Part shown: piece after piece, positions 1-14,132 of the stretch
Position numbering within the stretch: the first letter of the stretch is position 1
Layout of the letters: the number at the start of each line of letters is the position of its first letter
DNA from: Eledone cirrhosa
Taxonomy: Eukaryota
Length of the DNA stretch: 64,000 nucleotides
Assembly (NCBI GenBank): GCA_964016885.1
Contig: OZ024743.1
Coordinates: forward strand, 148,614,001-148,678,000
Direction: 5' to 3'
The notes under the pieces: generated by a model
Told to the model about the DNA's origin: nothing
The model's input: only the letters and a program-made list of their open reading frames with translations
Databases searched by the model: none
Program-made: the position numbers and the translations under genes

Positions 1-394
1 AAAATAGTTGAGAATTATTTATTACAGCTACAAGATTGCACATTTGTTTATACATTGAATATTAAACAAATGAAATTTGCATGATATCAATTAGTAAATT
101 AACTTATTTATTATTCTAAATATGTTAACACAAGTCAAGTGTCTGTGTGAACTGAGAGAATAAAATAATCAGACACTACAATATCTGGTATTTTATTGCT
201 TTCATTCCACCTACTAATTAGATTTTTTATTAATATACAAGTATTGAATTAGTCTAGAACTAAGAGAGCCTCTATAGGATCACTTCGTTTACTACAAAAA
301 GCAACCAAATCTTCATCAAATTTCAGGCTTCTATCTTGAAAAGAGAATGGGACATTGAATACTGAAATTGGAGATATACAACACCAAAGTTCCA

Positions 395-1050
395 TTGGCA
401 ACATGGATTAAATGTCATAGATCCCTACAGCCTGAGTCCAAATCCTGGGAGGGTCAACTTTACCTTTCATCCTTTTGAGGTCAATAGATAATGTACCTGT
501 TTAGGGCAATGGATTGTCAGAATTGTTAGAGCATCAGAGAAAATGCCTCACAGTATATGTTCTGGCTCGGTGCATTCTGAGTTCAGATCTTGCTTTCTGT
601 TATTGGAATAACGATGACATGATATGACTCTGACTCTTATTTTTATATCACTTAAGAAATCTCTTATTAGATGTTCCATGGTAATTGATAATATTATCCC
701 ATAAAGCAATGATATAACTAATTTGTGTATATGTGCAGAGGGAGAGAATTCCATAATTTTTTAGCCAGGTCATTATAGTCTTCATTCTATAATGGTACAC
801 TCTATATACAGTAAATTGGCAGGTATCATTAGAGCATGAGGTAGAATATTTTCTGGTATTTGCTCTGGCTTTCTGTATTCTGTGTTCAAATACCAAAGAA
901 GTCAACTTTACCTTTTATCATTTCAGGATAAGATAAAGTATAAGTCCAGGACAGTAAATTGGCAGAATTATTAGAGAATCAACTAAAATATCTTGCACTA
1001 TCTGTTTGGCAATTTACATTCTGTCTAGATTCAAATCCCACTGATGACCA
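395..1050 (+). mobile_element. Cluster of decayed tRNA-derived CORE-type SINE fragments
   Basis: Recurrent B-box-like and core segments, e.g. 'gagtccaaatcctgggagggtcaactttacctttcatccttttgaggtcaataga' (~434-490) and 'tgttcaaataccaaagaagtcaactttaccttttatcatttcaggataagataaa' (~883-937), plus repeated 'ttggcagaatt(g/a)ttagag' heads. Same motif as the better copies at 1198 and 63493. Confidence 0.55.
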
Positions 1051-1197
1051 AGGCTAATCATCCTACCTGGGGACTACAACTGATTAGCTGCAATGAGTGG
1101 AAGAGGATTGTGGCTATCTACTACTGCAGTTAAATAAAGATGACAGGGGGAGGGAGGAAAATCTACAAAATGACATAACTAATTCCAGTATTAACTA

Positions 1198-1421
1198 ATG
1201 GTTTCTGACATGGGCACAAGGCATACCATTTTGGGGGAGGGGAAAGTCGATGAGATTGACCCCCAATGCATTACAGGTACTTTATGTTATTGACCCCATA
1301 AGGATGAAAGCCAACGCTACACTTGGCAGGATTTGATCAAAGAACATAAAGGGCCATAAACTCTATGCTGCAAGACATGTTGTCTGATGCTCTACTGATA
1401 CTGCCAATCCATTGCTCTTCC
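1198..1421 (-). mobile_element. tRNA-derived CORE-type SINE (octopus OR/OK-like), near full length
   Basis: Minus strand reads head 'ttggcagtatcagtagagcatcagac', B-box-like 'gatcaaatcctgcc', core 'ggctttcatccttatggggtcaataacataaagtacc', tail 'ccttgtgcccatgtcagaaacc'. Homologous to 63493-63670. Confidence 0.65.
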
Positions 1422-2354
1422 AGTATTAAGTAATAGAAATCATAATCAGTATTTACAGTCTTTTAAACTTGACCTTTTTACAAAGAATCAACCCCTATAA
1501 ATGTTATACTTAACTTATCTAGATTCCTACAAGAGAAAAATGAGGAAAAGAAACAATTTTCCAACAAATAATTTTGTTTCCTTTTACATGTATATCCAAA
1601 CACTATTTTTTCTTTCTGATTTTCAGATTTTCAGATATTACAACTTCTCCATGTCAATTTACCTTTTGTTTATTAGCAGTATTATCATTTTATTTCTTTT
1701 GGGTTATTTTATGATTTTTGCTGTTGGTACTGCTGCCTCTGCGGCTGCTGAGTTGTAAAATAGTATTTTTTTAAATAAAAATAAAAATATATAAATGGAA
1801 GAAATAAAAATTTAACTAAAATGAATTAAAAAAACGACCAACAGAATATAATAATAGTGATAAACAATCCAAATTTTCGTTGTTGTTGATGTTGTGGTTG
1901 TTGTTCTTGCTACTGATTGTTATTGCTGTTATTTTCCGAAAAAAAAAGTTTCTTATTTTTTTGCTTTTGTCTTTGCTCTAGTTGTCTTTATTGTTTTCTT
2001 GGTGATGTTTATTTTTATGTTGATTTCTTTTTTACTTTTTCATATTTTTATTGTTTTTATTACTTTTTTTTTTTTACTATCACTAAAAGATGTTTCAAGA
2101 AAACTTTTCTCTTTACTTTTGCATCCGGTGTGCAAGGCATCAGCTTTTGCATGACTCATTTGCAGCGAGCTATTGCCCGATTCGCACTTCCTTTTGAAAG
2201 AAAACCAAGCAGAAAAAGAATGACTGTAGCCATTCTGGGACAGCTATTTTATCTTGCGGATAACATTTCTTGTCTTTGCAATGCACTTTTAGTTCTACTA
2301 AAACTTTCATCACATATCCCTGCAGCAAATTATTTACAATGTTTCTCAAATACT

Positions 2355-2427
2355 TATACACAAACACACACACACACATATATATATATACATACAAACA
2401 CACACATATATATATATATATATATAC

Positions 2428-2458
<31 letters not shown>

Positions 2459-2582
2459 CACACAAATACATGCATACACAAACACATATATATATATATG
2501 TGTATATATATATATATAATAAATATATATATATATATATTATATATATATATATACATACATGCATACACATACACACACG

Positions 2583-2615
<33 letters not shown>

Positions 2616-2679
2616 ATACATTTGTATGTTTGTGAAATATGCTGTAATGTGTGAACTGTGCACAGGTCCATATATATAT

Positions 2680-2711
<32 letters not shown>

Positions 2712-2737
2712 TTTACGTCTGCTTTTCCCTGCTTGCA

Positions 2738-2794
<57 letters not shown>

Positions 2795-2800
2795 CTGACA
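2355..2800. repeat. Compound (TA)n/(CA)n/(ATC)n/(GA)n microsatellite containing a very short RTE/SINE 3' tail remnant (~2681-2738, minus)
   Basis: Repeats are visible directly. '(atc)n ttttacgtctgcttttccctgcttgcaag' is the reverse complement of the RTE tail at ~36578-36627. Confidence 0.85.
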
Positions 2801-4839
2801 GACATAAAGAGAGAAATTGTTTTGTATTCAGTATAACTTTTTTGGGGAAGTGTGTAGTATCTTATATATGTTAACAGAAGTGAGATAAACGAAGCTTGCA
2901 TACGCAAACTGCTGTTGAATTATTGACTAATTTCTTCACCACATAATTACTTTTAGTTAGTTACTTTATGCTGTTTGCATAAGTATTTCAACACTAACTT
3001 TATCATCTATAGTTCTCTTTAGCAATATTCCTGTAAATATTTTCATGATACTGAATACAAAGAAATAGTTGAATTTTCATTACAGTCAGATTTAACTCTT
3101 TTAAAATGGAATTAGATTTTTTTTTTTTTGTAGTTATGGCTATTCATAAGTTGAATACCCTTCTTAGGAAAATAGAATATTCTCTAAGTCACATTGCTGA
3201 CTATCTATCTACAGACCTGTCGATTCTCCCCGTCTAAAGGGGAGATCTCCCATCTACTTTGGGGTGGGTGAGAGATGTCTTCTCTGGTGAAAATGGGTAT
3301 AGCTTTCATTATGTAAAATCTCCACATTTTGCCTCATTTCTCCCTGTTTTGGAACACTATTTTTCATGGTACTCCACATTTGGGTTTTTAGTGGTTGGCA
3401 GTTCTACATATAGTTAGAATTAACAGAGAGTGTAGCACATCCTTTAATGATCTTACACGAGACATTCTCTTTAGTATCAGTGGCATAATTTAGCATCAAG
3501 TCAAAACTGTAAGAGATATACAACAGCTAATGTTCGTATTTAAGAACCTTACTTCATAATTTTATATATGAATTTTTAAGACATATACCAGTTAAATATT
3601 TTACTAAATTCTTCTAGATAGTTAATACTTTCAAAACTAATTGGAACATTTGGTCCCTGTATTTCATTAGAAATATAGTAACAAAATGGTTAAAGTTGGT
3701 AGACATAATCCAAAATCTGGTTTAACATTATCATCTGACTTTTGATCAAGAAGACCTTTGATCAAAGTAGCCATAACTAACATTTCTTTTTGTTTTTGAG
3801 AAATAGTATACTAGAGATTATATTAACCAATTTTATGATGGTAGTGGTTAATATGAGGATATTTAGCAGCTATTTCTATCCTTCCTCAGTTTGATTATTC
3901 AATGTACATACTTCTCTTTAACTACCTCATTTATGTTTTTAAAATGTTCAACTCCCAGTTCCCTTATCTGTTAAATGTGTTTCCTAATACCAAGTAATTA
4001 GTCATGACATAGCAAGTATGATCCAGTCAGCATGTTTTCTTCATTTGCTTTTTATCTGGTTTTTTTTTCTGCTAATTCAAAGAAGTCTTATAAAAGATGT
4101 ACATTTTTTTTTAGATGGATTCAGTTAGGATCCTTCTCCTCCTCCAAATACTGCTGCTGCTGCTACAACTACCATCACCACCTCCACCACCACCACCACT
4201 ACCACCATCATTGCCATCATCATCAAATCTGTATTATGCTAACAACAGTCTCAACTGTTGTTAACATAATACAGATTTGGGAACATTCAAACTATAGAAA
4301 ATTCCCTACTTTGTTTGGGAGAAATGTAATTTGGAAGAATTCCTAATGTGTTGTATGATTGACTGAGGCATTCCAAATAAAATATCCTTAAGAATTATTG
4401 ATATGTCTTGCCTCGTATATTACAATTACCTTTATCTTTTTGCTGCCAGTTTTTTAAAGCAAACTTTTTTTAGCGTAAATTTTCATGTCACTATATTGGA
4501 AATGGCTTTCACAAATTAGGGCATTTAATTATCAGCAGGAGCAATAATTTTAATGACTCATTTCTGTCACTCATCTGTGACGTACGAATGTTTCTTGTCA
4601 GGCCAGTAGACTATGACAAATGAAATGAAGTGGCTGTAGTAAGTTTTGAAGCCATAACTATGCAGACAGTACTTAAACACACACACAAAAAAATACTACT
4701 TATAATTTGAAAACATAGGCATTTGTATGAGTATGAACATTGTATGTGCATATAAGCAAACATCTGTGTGAATAGATGCACATTATTTAATTTTTGTATT
4801 TTGCTTATTTCATTCAATAAACTGTGGTCATGTCAGGGC

Positions 4840-5010
4840 ATAACTGTCTTCAAGCATACAGTTAATTATTACCAGCTCAGTACTTGACTAGTATTTATTT
4901 AATTAACTTTTAAGAATGAAAGGCAAATTCAAATTGAGCAGATTTTGAACTCAGAACATAAAGCAATGTAACTAAATACTAAAAGGTATTTTGTCAAGCA
5001 GAGTCCCAAG
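4840..5010 (-). mobile_element. Decayed CORE-type SINE
   Basis: Minus strand contains 'tctgagttcaaaatctgctcaatttgaatttgcctttcattc'. Confidence 0.5.
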
Positions 5011-6039
5011 TTTACCAAAACATATAGCAAATTCTTAATATGAAATTTTAATGCAATTTTACCTAAAGTTTTAGCCTGATTATGAAGCGTAAACAAGTAT
5101 TGAATATACATAGATATGAATGCTCAAAGTTTACATTAGCAGGGAAAGTGAATATGCATTCTCTGGTGAGTTTCAAAATATAGAAGAATGTAATCGGATT
5201 TTTCTGCCGATAAAGATATATAAACATTTGTTTGCATTTTCATTTTTCAGTAAAGTTCAAATTGTTGGCATCTCATTTTTAATGTGCATTAATTAATTTT
5301 GAAAATTTAGAGGAATCTTATAGAATAACCTTTTTATTAGTAAGCGGATGTTTGAAACATTACTTAACAAAATGTTCTCAAATAAAACCGATGGTTTTAA
5401 TATAAATAAGAACATTTTGAAATGAGAAGTTGTGTATCATAAAACCAGGGCAGTTTGAACAGGTTCATATCAAAAGGGTTAAAGCAATACGAAGCTTAAC
5501 ATTTATTTCAAAAACTAATTCTTTGTTTTGATTTTACATTCGTTTCTTTTTCTTCGTAGAATTTGTGGGTTTGCTGATGTCAGCAGACTTGTTCTAAACC
5601 TTATATGTCTGTAATCTTCAAACAAAGTTGTTAGTTATGGCTTGGCCTGTTCCCTTGATCTTATTTGCAGTGCATTTAAGGCTTGTGTAAGGAAAAGTTA
5701 TCCTTAGCCTTGCAATATAGCAGACTTTGATAAATCCATTCAAGTAGTGATGCTTAGACATGTGATGCATTAAGTCTATCACCCAAGAATAGATACATTT
5801 CATTTGATGAGCTTCTGTTGTGCTTCCATTTTCTAAATTGCAAACACAATATTTGGAGGAATACATTTGCTTAAATTTCTATGCAGAGGGATCAAATCTA
5901 GAGCTGCATAATTACAAAGGACACTTCTTAACAACACAACAATGTCAAATTCAGTTACATGTTATTTTGCTCATAAGGCATGACATATTCATATAATCAC
6001 AATTATATTATTCCTAATATTCATGACAAACAATGATTC

Positions 6040-6250
6040 CTTACATAGGCTCAAGACCTGAAATTTTGCAAGAGGGAACGTTTGTTTATAGCAACACAAC
6101 TACTTGAGTGATACTTATTTTATCAACTCTGGAAGGATTAAAGGAAAAGTCAACTATGGCAGAATTTGAATTCAGAACATAGAGAGTCACTACTAGTATC
6201 ACAAAGTATTTAATCCAATGCTCTACTGATCCTGCCAGGCCACTGCCCTC
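6040..6250 (-). mobile_element. Decayed CORE-type SINE
   Basis: Minus strand: 'ggcaggatcagtagagcattgga ... tctgaattcaaattctgccatagttgacttttcctttaatccttccagagttgataaaataagtatc ... ggtcttgagcctatgtaagg'. Confidence 0.55.
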
Positions 6251-6949
6251 ATAACTAATAATGAAAATCCCAGTTTTCCGTACCTACAGATGTAGGGCTG
6301 GCACCATTGTGCCTGGCATCAGAAACATATACGACCTTGAAGGACAACAGTTTGTTTGGAGAACATGGCTAAACTGTATAAATCTGTTTTGAATTCTTGT
6401 CTTTGGGGAGATAAAATGAAAGCAGCCAGGAACAATATACATTGCAGCAGAGAAAGAGTGAAGAGAAATGGTTGTTTTTGTCTAAATTAAAACATATATG
6501 GCAATTAAGAAACACATGACGGGCTGTCTCTACATACCAAGGATAGCTCAAGTAAATCAAATAGGCAAATCTGAAAAGCAGTTGCTCCTGTCACTCATAA
6601 CATGGTCGTTAATTTTATTTTCATTGGGCACGTGCTGCCAACTGAGAGTTGCTAGAAAAGATTCACTGAATATCTACACATTCCATTCAAACCAATTTGT
6701 TTATAGTTTTTTTATGTGTTCTGTGATTGTTTTGTTCGTTTTGTTATTTATATAGTTATTTATTTATTTGTTTACTTTTGCAGTTTGCTTAATCACTGGA
6801 TTACAATTTGTGTTGTGTTCTACTTAATTAATATACTCACATACATATGTATACACACACACACAGACACACTCACACACACACTTACCCCACATCAATG
6901 GCAGTACTCCAGTATGGTCATAGTTCATGGGCTGAGATGAGTGAAAGAG

Positions 6950-6986
6950 TATATAGTATATATATATATATGTATATATATGTATA

Positions 6987-7070
<84 letters not shown>

Positions 7071-7093
7071 TATGTACATACATTTATCTCAAT

Positions 7094-7138
<45 letters not shown>

Positions 7139-7165
7139 TATATATATAGATATATATATATATAT
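6950..7165. repeat. (TA)n-rich compound microsatellite
   Basis: Visible directly; source of the spurious YI-repeat ORFs. Confidence 0.9.
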
Positions 7166-8196
7166 GCCTGTGTGAATTTATGTAAATGCATATTCATATA
7201 AACACATGTTTTATTACTTAGACACGAAACGTTAGTTATACAATGAAAAGGAAACAGGAAGTTGAGATACTCAAGCCTTTCCTAAAGGCATAAAGAAGAC
7301 ATGTTAGAGAAGTGATGGGGGTGGGGGATGACAGACTTATGTTATTGACTTAGTTACTATTGCATCATAACACTGCACACTCACAGATATATCTTTGAAA
7401 CACAGACTCTAATACATATATCCACTACCCACACACACACAAACACACACTCATAGCAACATACACTCCTACAAACACACACACAAACATACATGCACAC
7501 ATATATATACAGACATATACACATATATCTTTGTCATTTCTACTGAACAACAGGGAAGAATCCATGCATGCATATACATGTGTATTTTGTTTTTTATTTA
7601 TTATTTTTTGTATTAGTTTCTCAGAAGAGAAAGGACGTAGCTTTTATTTTTAAGTGATCTCCCACTCCAGTGATATTGATGTAGATCATGCGATGACTGA
7701 ATATCTGCATATTACTGTATACAGGAAAAACATGGGAAGAGAAGGAAATGGGAGTTTGGTCAGAATACTTGCAACAGAAAGAACTCTGCTAAGAACTAAG
7801 TAGTGATACAAAATAGAGCAGCATGTTAGATTTACCACCCAAGGTTAGGCTCTCTGTGTGTGAGTCTGTATTTGCTTCTTTTACAACAACATTTCTATGG
7901 GAGCATGAGTTGGACATTCTTTTTTGTTTTGCAAATTTGTACTTTTGCATATATTACAGTAACTATTGTTTTCACAGCTGTATACACTTCCTACTTATAA
8001 CTGTTCAGCTGTGAACTACCTGATATTTGCCAAGCAAAGCAGGATACGGATAGCAAAGTAAAATACTTTACCTTGGGACACAATGCAAGGCTGTTCTCTC
8101 TTGTTCTAGAGAACATAATCTGATAGCCATGCTATGTATGTATGTATGCATGCATGCATTTATATGTATATGTCTATATATATGTGTGTCTACATA

Positions 8197-8240
<44 letters not shown>

Positions 8241-8446
8241 ATTATAATAATAGTATATAAGGGAACAAAGAATCAGTGTTGCATCATACATATATTTAAT
8301 TACATATTATGTATGTTTCACTGTTGATGAGCTCGAGGAATGATCGATTAATTATCATTCCTGACTTTGGAATTGGAAGCTCCTCAGGTATGTGTTCATA
8401 CACACACACACACACACACACATACATATATATGTATATATATATA

Positions 8447-9604
8447 CTAGCAGCATGACCCGGCGTTGCATGGAGTAGGAAATGTGAAATAGCAACACGC
8501 ATATGCAAAGATTGAGGAATGAAGCTGTGTACTTTTCGAATTCCCTTATTCTCAGGGAATAATTGTTCATCTACTGGAAACATAGAACACCAACAGGCTG
8601 AATCCAGTAGTAGCAGTGTCAGTGGGCTGATTGCGGAAATCCTGTATGCGAAAGGAGTAAGGAGTAAGTAAGTGTTGTGGGGCGATGTATGTCGCAAGTC
8701 TGTTCATGAATTACATCGCAAATGGGGAACACACGTCAGTCTGAAGGAGTGACGTAGTCAATTGTGTGAAAACCAAGTAGGGATATACGTTTAAGTAGGG
8801 ATATTGAGATGATGAAAACAGCGTGGAAATGCAGCTGCAGCAGAAGGGGGTCATAGTGCAATTAGCACAAACGCTGGTTGCACTGCATTTACACAGCAAA
8901 AAATGTGTAACAAAAGGGGTCACTATTAGAATTAGCATAACCGCTGTTCAGTGTACTTGTGCAGGGCGTTCATACTGTGGTGTAGGTGCAACAAAAGTGG
9001 TCTTAGTAGAAGCGGCACAGACGTGATTTTTACGGTGTCAATAACACGGCAACGTACACAGGGCCCAGATTGCGCATAATGAAAGCATGAAGCTTTAACA
9101 GGGCGTCGACAAACATTTTAAGGTCCTCCTCATTTCTTCAATCCACTGAAAATGGTCCTGCTTAAAAGTAAGTAAGTGTTGTGTCCTCTGTTAAATAAAC
9201 CAAAATTATAACAAAATATTATATGCTACTTACGATGTAGCGTTTATATTGAAAATGAAAATGGCATGTAATGCCCATTGCTAATTCATAAATTTCCTAG
9301 AAACCATTAATGGAATCGGAAATTTTTTTTGTCCACAGCAATGCGAAGGGGCTAACTGTGTGCTGCAAATTTCGAGGAAATCGGCTGGATTATATTTAAG
9401 TTACGCCTCAAAAAAGCCTCAAAATGCCTAAAAAATGTGGTTTTTCACCTAATGCAAAGCAGAAAAAGTTTTAAAATGTTTAGCCTACTTCAAGAAATAT
9501 AAGTAACGCATGTGTAAAGTTTGAAAAGAAATTGGTCGGGTACTTCTCGAGTTTTAGGTATTTACACAGACAGACAGACATCCTCTGTTTTATAGATAGA
9601 GAGA
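8447..9604 (-). mobile_element. Non-autonomous Helitron (Lep1-like architecture), ~1.16 kb
   Basis: Minus strand begins TC (plus 'ga' ending 9604, followed by t) with a (CTGT)n tract near the 5' end. It ends in a GC-rich imperfect hairpin ('ccatgcaacgccggg') followed by CTAG (8447-8450), inserted between A and T with no TSD. Confidence 0.7.
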
Positions 9605-11039
9605 TATATATGTATATACATTTGTGTAGAGTAGAAAATTTAATTTTAACAAATAAAATTTGACAATATCTTTGAAGTTTCAACAGAAAAGATAAGAATT
9701 CAGCAAATATCTATTCAAATACATCATTTTTAAAATAGGGTATTGATTTTCCCTCTACATGAAGAGAGAGAGAGAGAGAGAGAGAGACCTAAATCAGATT
9801 ACCTCAGGCTTGAAAATATATAATATCATGAATATCTAGTATGGTGATGCAACTCTAAAAATGATGATGTTGATAATGGTACCACAAAATATGACCATAT
9901 CAAAGAAACTGAGTGAGAGAGAGATGGAGACAAGGAGAGTATGGAGCAATCAAATGAATCATAAAAATTAAACTTGCTTAATCCTTAAATGAACGTATTC
10001 AAACACATTTTACAGCCTAAATATTTCAGTTAATTTGGGAAAGTTTAGTAAAATAACTATCTTTACCATCATTAGAGCAAACTAGAAAATACCTTGGGGT
10101 ATATGTACTTGCTCTTCATATTCTGAGTTCTAAACCTATGAACAACAACTTTGCTTTTTATCATTTCATGTTTGATAAACGAAAGTACCAGTAAAGTACT
10201 GAGGTAGATTTATTTAACTGACACTTATAACTAACCAAATAGCTAACCCTATATGTAAATTAGAAATCATTTGAAATGATAAATTTAGTGTTTTCAGCAA
10301 AACTTAATGAAAATTGTTTTATATTTATAATTGTAATGGGAGATTTTAATCCATATATGAACATTGTAAAACGATGTATAAAAAACAGGTCAGTATTAGA
10401 ACCGTTAAGATTTAGAATTTGGAAACTTTAATCTAATCTATTTAAGGATTGTTTCACTATTAACTATATTACTTTCCTGGAAGATAGGGATAGTTTGAGA
10501 GAGTAGTTTTGTCCAAGAATACAACACACTATATTGCTACATATTTAAAATTTAGCAACCCTTCAACTGCGAAATGATCTTATCTATATTAAATCAAGCA
10601 TTGCAAAAGTCAATCTCTGCAAAAACTATAGATCTAACAAAGTCTGTTCTATGATTGGTTTTGCACTTTAGAAAATGCACTTTTTATACTTGTAAAAAAA
10701 GAATAACTTTGAAACACAAACACATACATATACACATTCTCACATATATACATATAAAATAATAATTCAAATAACACAAATTTAGGACACATAGAATTAC
10801 CATTTATTTGGAGATATCTAGCTTTTGCTGAATATATTCTTTTTGGCTACGTTTACATACATTTGGCAAGAAACGGGTATTATTGCAGCCAACAAAATCT
10901 AACAAAGCATATAGTACCAAATTCCTCCTCTTTGAAGTCATAAATGTCTTTCCAAGAAAATATAAATATAAATGTATATTTTTTGCCTTCAAATAAAGTT
11001 TTTTTGAAAGTTTGTTAAATTAGTTCTTTCCTCTCCCAA

Positions 11040-11410
11040 CTGATATACAAACTTTTTCTGGAAACTTTTTATACATAATACTTTTTATATAAATTTTTTA
11101 TATAAATATATAAACGTTTTTTATATATGAAATTTTTTATATATGTATATAAATTTATTTAAATTTTTATATTAATCTTTTTTATATAATAAACGTTTTT
11201 AGAATGTTTTAAAGTTAACTTTTTATAAATAAACATTTATCTTTATTTAATCTTTTTATGTATTTATATAGTTTATATTTAAACTTTTTGAAAATTTGTA
11301 TTTATTTAAACTAATTTTCAACAAATTATTTTTATCATAAATATTTTTATAATAAATATTTTGTAATAAATTGTTATATTAACATTTAATGTAAATATTT
11401 TGTAATAGTG
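11040..11410. repeat. Extremely AT-rich low-complexity tract
   Basis: Nearly all A/T, with recurring 'tttttata'/'aaatt' units. Confidence 0.7.
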
Positions 11411-11559
11411 GGTGCATATCATGGCATCAGTACCAGAGAAGTTATCACATGTTTGTCCTCTCAAACCCTATTTTGTCTTTTATCGATTTCAATTGCCAAA
11501 TATTGTCAACTCCAGTTGCTCATCACATTTACTGGTAAACAGACCCTTTTTATGATGGC

Positions 11560-11835
11560 AAAAGGACTTTTTTATGATGGCATATCACCAGTCAGTTCAA
11601 TCTTATGTCTTATGTTGTGGTCATTCTCCATAAATTAAACCCATGTCTCCTTCCCTAGGTTCCAGCCACCTCAAGCACATTTTCACTTGCTTTGCTTGCA
11701 CATCAAATGCCCATACAAATGCAATCTTCTCATTTGCACACTACATTCAATTCCTCTTATACTCACTGTTTTCTCAGTTCATTTGCGTCCTGTCATTCAT
11801 GCACACTAGCATTATGCATCCAGCAGAGAATACTT
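11560..11835 (-). mobile_element. Old RTE LINE C-terminal fragment
   Basis: Minus-strand translation 'SILCWMHNASVHE*QDANELRK ... IRGIECSVQMRRLHLYGHL' aligns by eye with 'CLLRWMYNSNIRERQSINELRE*LGIRGIRCCLLERRLRWYGHV' of the copy at 35150-35290. Confidence 0.6.
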
Positions 11836-13938
11836 AAAATTTTGTATGAATATTTTTTCTTAACTTTTTATGTAACATTTTTTTTAATATTTCACGCCTG
11901 GGCTACCACTTATATTATAGTGTCCCACAATTGTTTAGATTATCTATTCATTATTTTGAACAATCGTGTCTACAGCAATTCTTTCACTGTTCATACTTCT
12001 CCCCAAAATTCTTCAACATAGCTAGCTGTTTGTACTACATGAATTTCTATTTTATTTTTACCTAGATTTTGATAAAGTCGTTTTGAATTGATGTTCTGAC
12101 TTTGTTTTTTTTCAAAGAACCTTGTCACCTTTTATGCTGACAGATTATTTGGGGATCAAGCAAGGGTCTTTTATATGGGGGATTCTTTAATTTCAGATTC
12201 TTCCTTATATGTTTTATTTCAGTAGGATTTGTCCCTCCCTTTTAAAGATGTTTTGTTATTGATTATTTTCAAGGATTGAGAGATCATTTGTTTTATATTC
12301 CATGTTGTTTGCATAGGTTTTGATTTGAATAAACATGAGAAGGTATTGTGTTTCCTTTTTTACTAAAGTGGCTCAACTGTGTTTATTATTTAATTTCCTT
12401 TATTGATGCTGCTTTTATTTCCATCTTTAGATTGCTATCTTCAATTCGATATTCGTGGTAACTCTTATCTTGAGTAATGAGTGAAAGAATATGATCACAA
12501 ATGCAAATGGCCATAATGGAGTTATCTGAAGGATCATTACTAAATAGAGTGCATAGCTTGGAGATCAGATAGTGACCCTAGGTAGAGCTGCTACTTCTTT
12601 GAATGAAGAGAGCATTTTATTGTGTCACCAACTTTCCTAGTGTTGCCTCTGGTGCACTCTGTAAAGTGTGGAAATATATGCAAACAATAGGCAGGCTCCC
12701 AGCCATTTTGGGAGGTCAGTAGCTCCATTTAATTCTGTAACAACCCGTCCAACCCTTGCTAGTAATGGACATCAAATAATAATAATGATGATGAATGCTT
12801 ATATCCTAGTTGCTTGTTACTTGCATTTTCACTATGTATTTTTTCTTTTAACTGTCAACATATCAGCCACTTTCTAATAGGGTTGTGGTGGAACCTGTAG
12901 CAGTGGAGTTGGCAATCCACCAGAGCAAGCTCTGCAAGTTGGAGTGGCTGTTACCATGTATCTCCCTCACCATCCTATGAGGCAATATCTTCTCCATTAT
13001 GTCAGTTGGGACCATGGGGCAGACTAAGCCTTAAACAGTGAGGTACTCTTCAAATCACACTTGTTTAAACAGTTACAAGTCACGGTGAAAAATAAATGAT
13101 CTAAAAGATTATTGTATTTTCAAAGTTTCCTCCACCCCTCCCTTTTCACTGTAATACTTTCCAATATATATGTGTCATGTAATTTAACCATTACTTCTGG
13201 TCAACAGTGGCTGACCATTCCGCAGATATGTTTTTTAAGCATTCTATCTTAACTTGGGGAGGGAGTGCTTTAAGAAACTCTTTTTAAGTTGAGTTTTGAT
13301 TTTAGTTATTTCACCCTCTAAAATTTTATGATTATATTTTCCTGTTTAGTTGGAGTGTGGCAGAAAATTGTGCATGTAAAATAGAAATGTTTCTCTTGTG
13401 TCCAACAATACTTTTCTGTTTTATTTATGAGGCTTGAAGTCTAAAATCTGGCTCTTTATTTAAATTGTCATTGAATGTTGTATGTTTCATTTTACATACA
13501 TTTTATTCATCAAATGCAAAATATTCTTTCCATTATTGAGACTGAACTGAATGGTGCAACTGGTATTTGTATTGTTTGGATATTTGTTTGTGTGTGTGTG
13601 CATGAGAGAGAGAGAGAGACTAAGAGAGAAAAACAGTACACTGGAAAGAGTATGGTGTTGATGTGAACTATGCTCTGACAGTTTAATCCTGTGGTGTCAT
13701 ATGGTTGATAAAATAAAGTACCACTGGGTAATTGCAGGCCTTGTGCCAAAAGTAGAAACAATTAATTATGGGATGTAAAGATCAATAAATATTACAAGTA
13801 TTAAATGTTGCTATCTTTCAACAGTTCTATTATTATTTTCTTTTTGAGTTGATTCATTGTTTTCTATCAGTATCACTGCATTTTTGGAAGAAAGAAATTA
13901 AGTACTGATATCTCATGTTAAGCATCCCCAGTAACCAT

Positions 13939-13996
13939 TTCTTCTTCTTCTTCTTCTTCTTCTTCTTCTTCTTCTTCTTCTTCTTCTTCTTCAGGG

Positions 13997-14030
<34 letters not shown>
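13939..14030. repeat. (TTC)n followed by (ATC)n microsatellite
   Basis: Visible directly; explains the poly-K/poly-D ORF 13854..14066. Confidence 0.9.
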
Positions 14031-14032
<2 letters not shown>

Positions 14033-14132
14033 TGCTACCCTCCTTCTCATGTAAGTCTAGTTTCATTAAATCAAGAATTTAATGTGTACAACATTCAGGA
14101 CACTTTTTCCACTTAATTTAAATATAAATATA

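Noticed and set aside
5560-5866. Acceptor-like site and 82-aa ORF as a host exon
   Set aside because: No recognisable domain and no consistent reading frame or donor.
8296-8390. Hammerhead-like motif on the minus strand (CUGAGGA ... GAAA-CAUA/UAUG-UA)
   Set aside because: No stem I pairing next to the core; possibly a decayed pLTR fragment but not supportable as a ribozyme.
11990-12200. Possible old Dong/R4 N-terminal fragment on the minus strand ('VEEFWGEV')
   Set aside because: Too degraded to support by eye.
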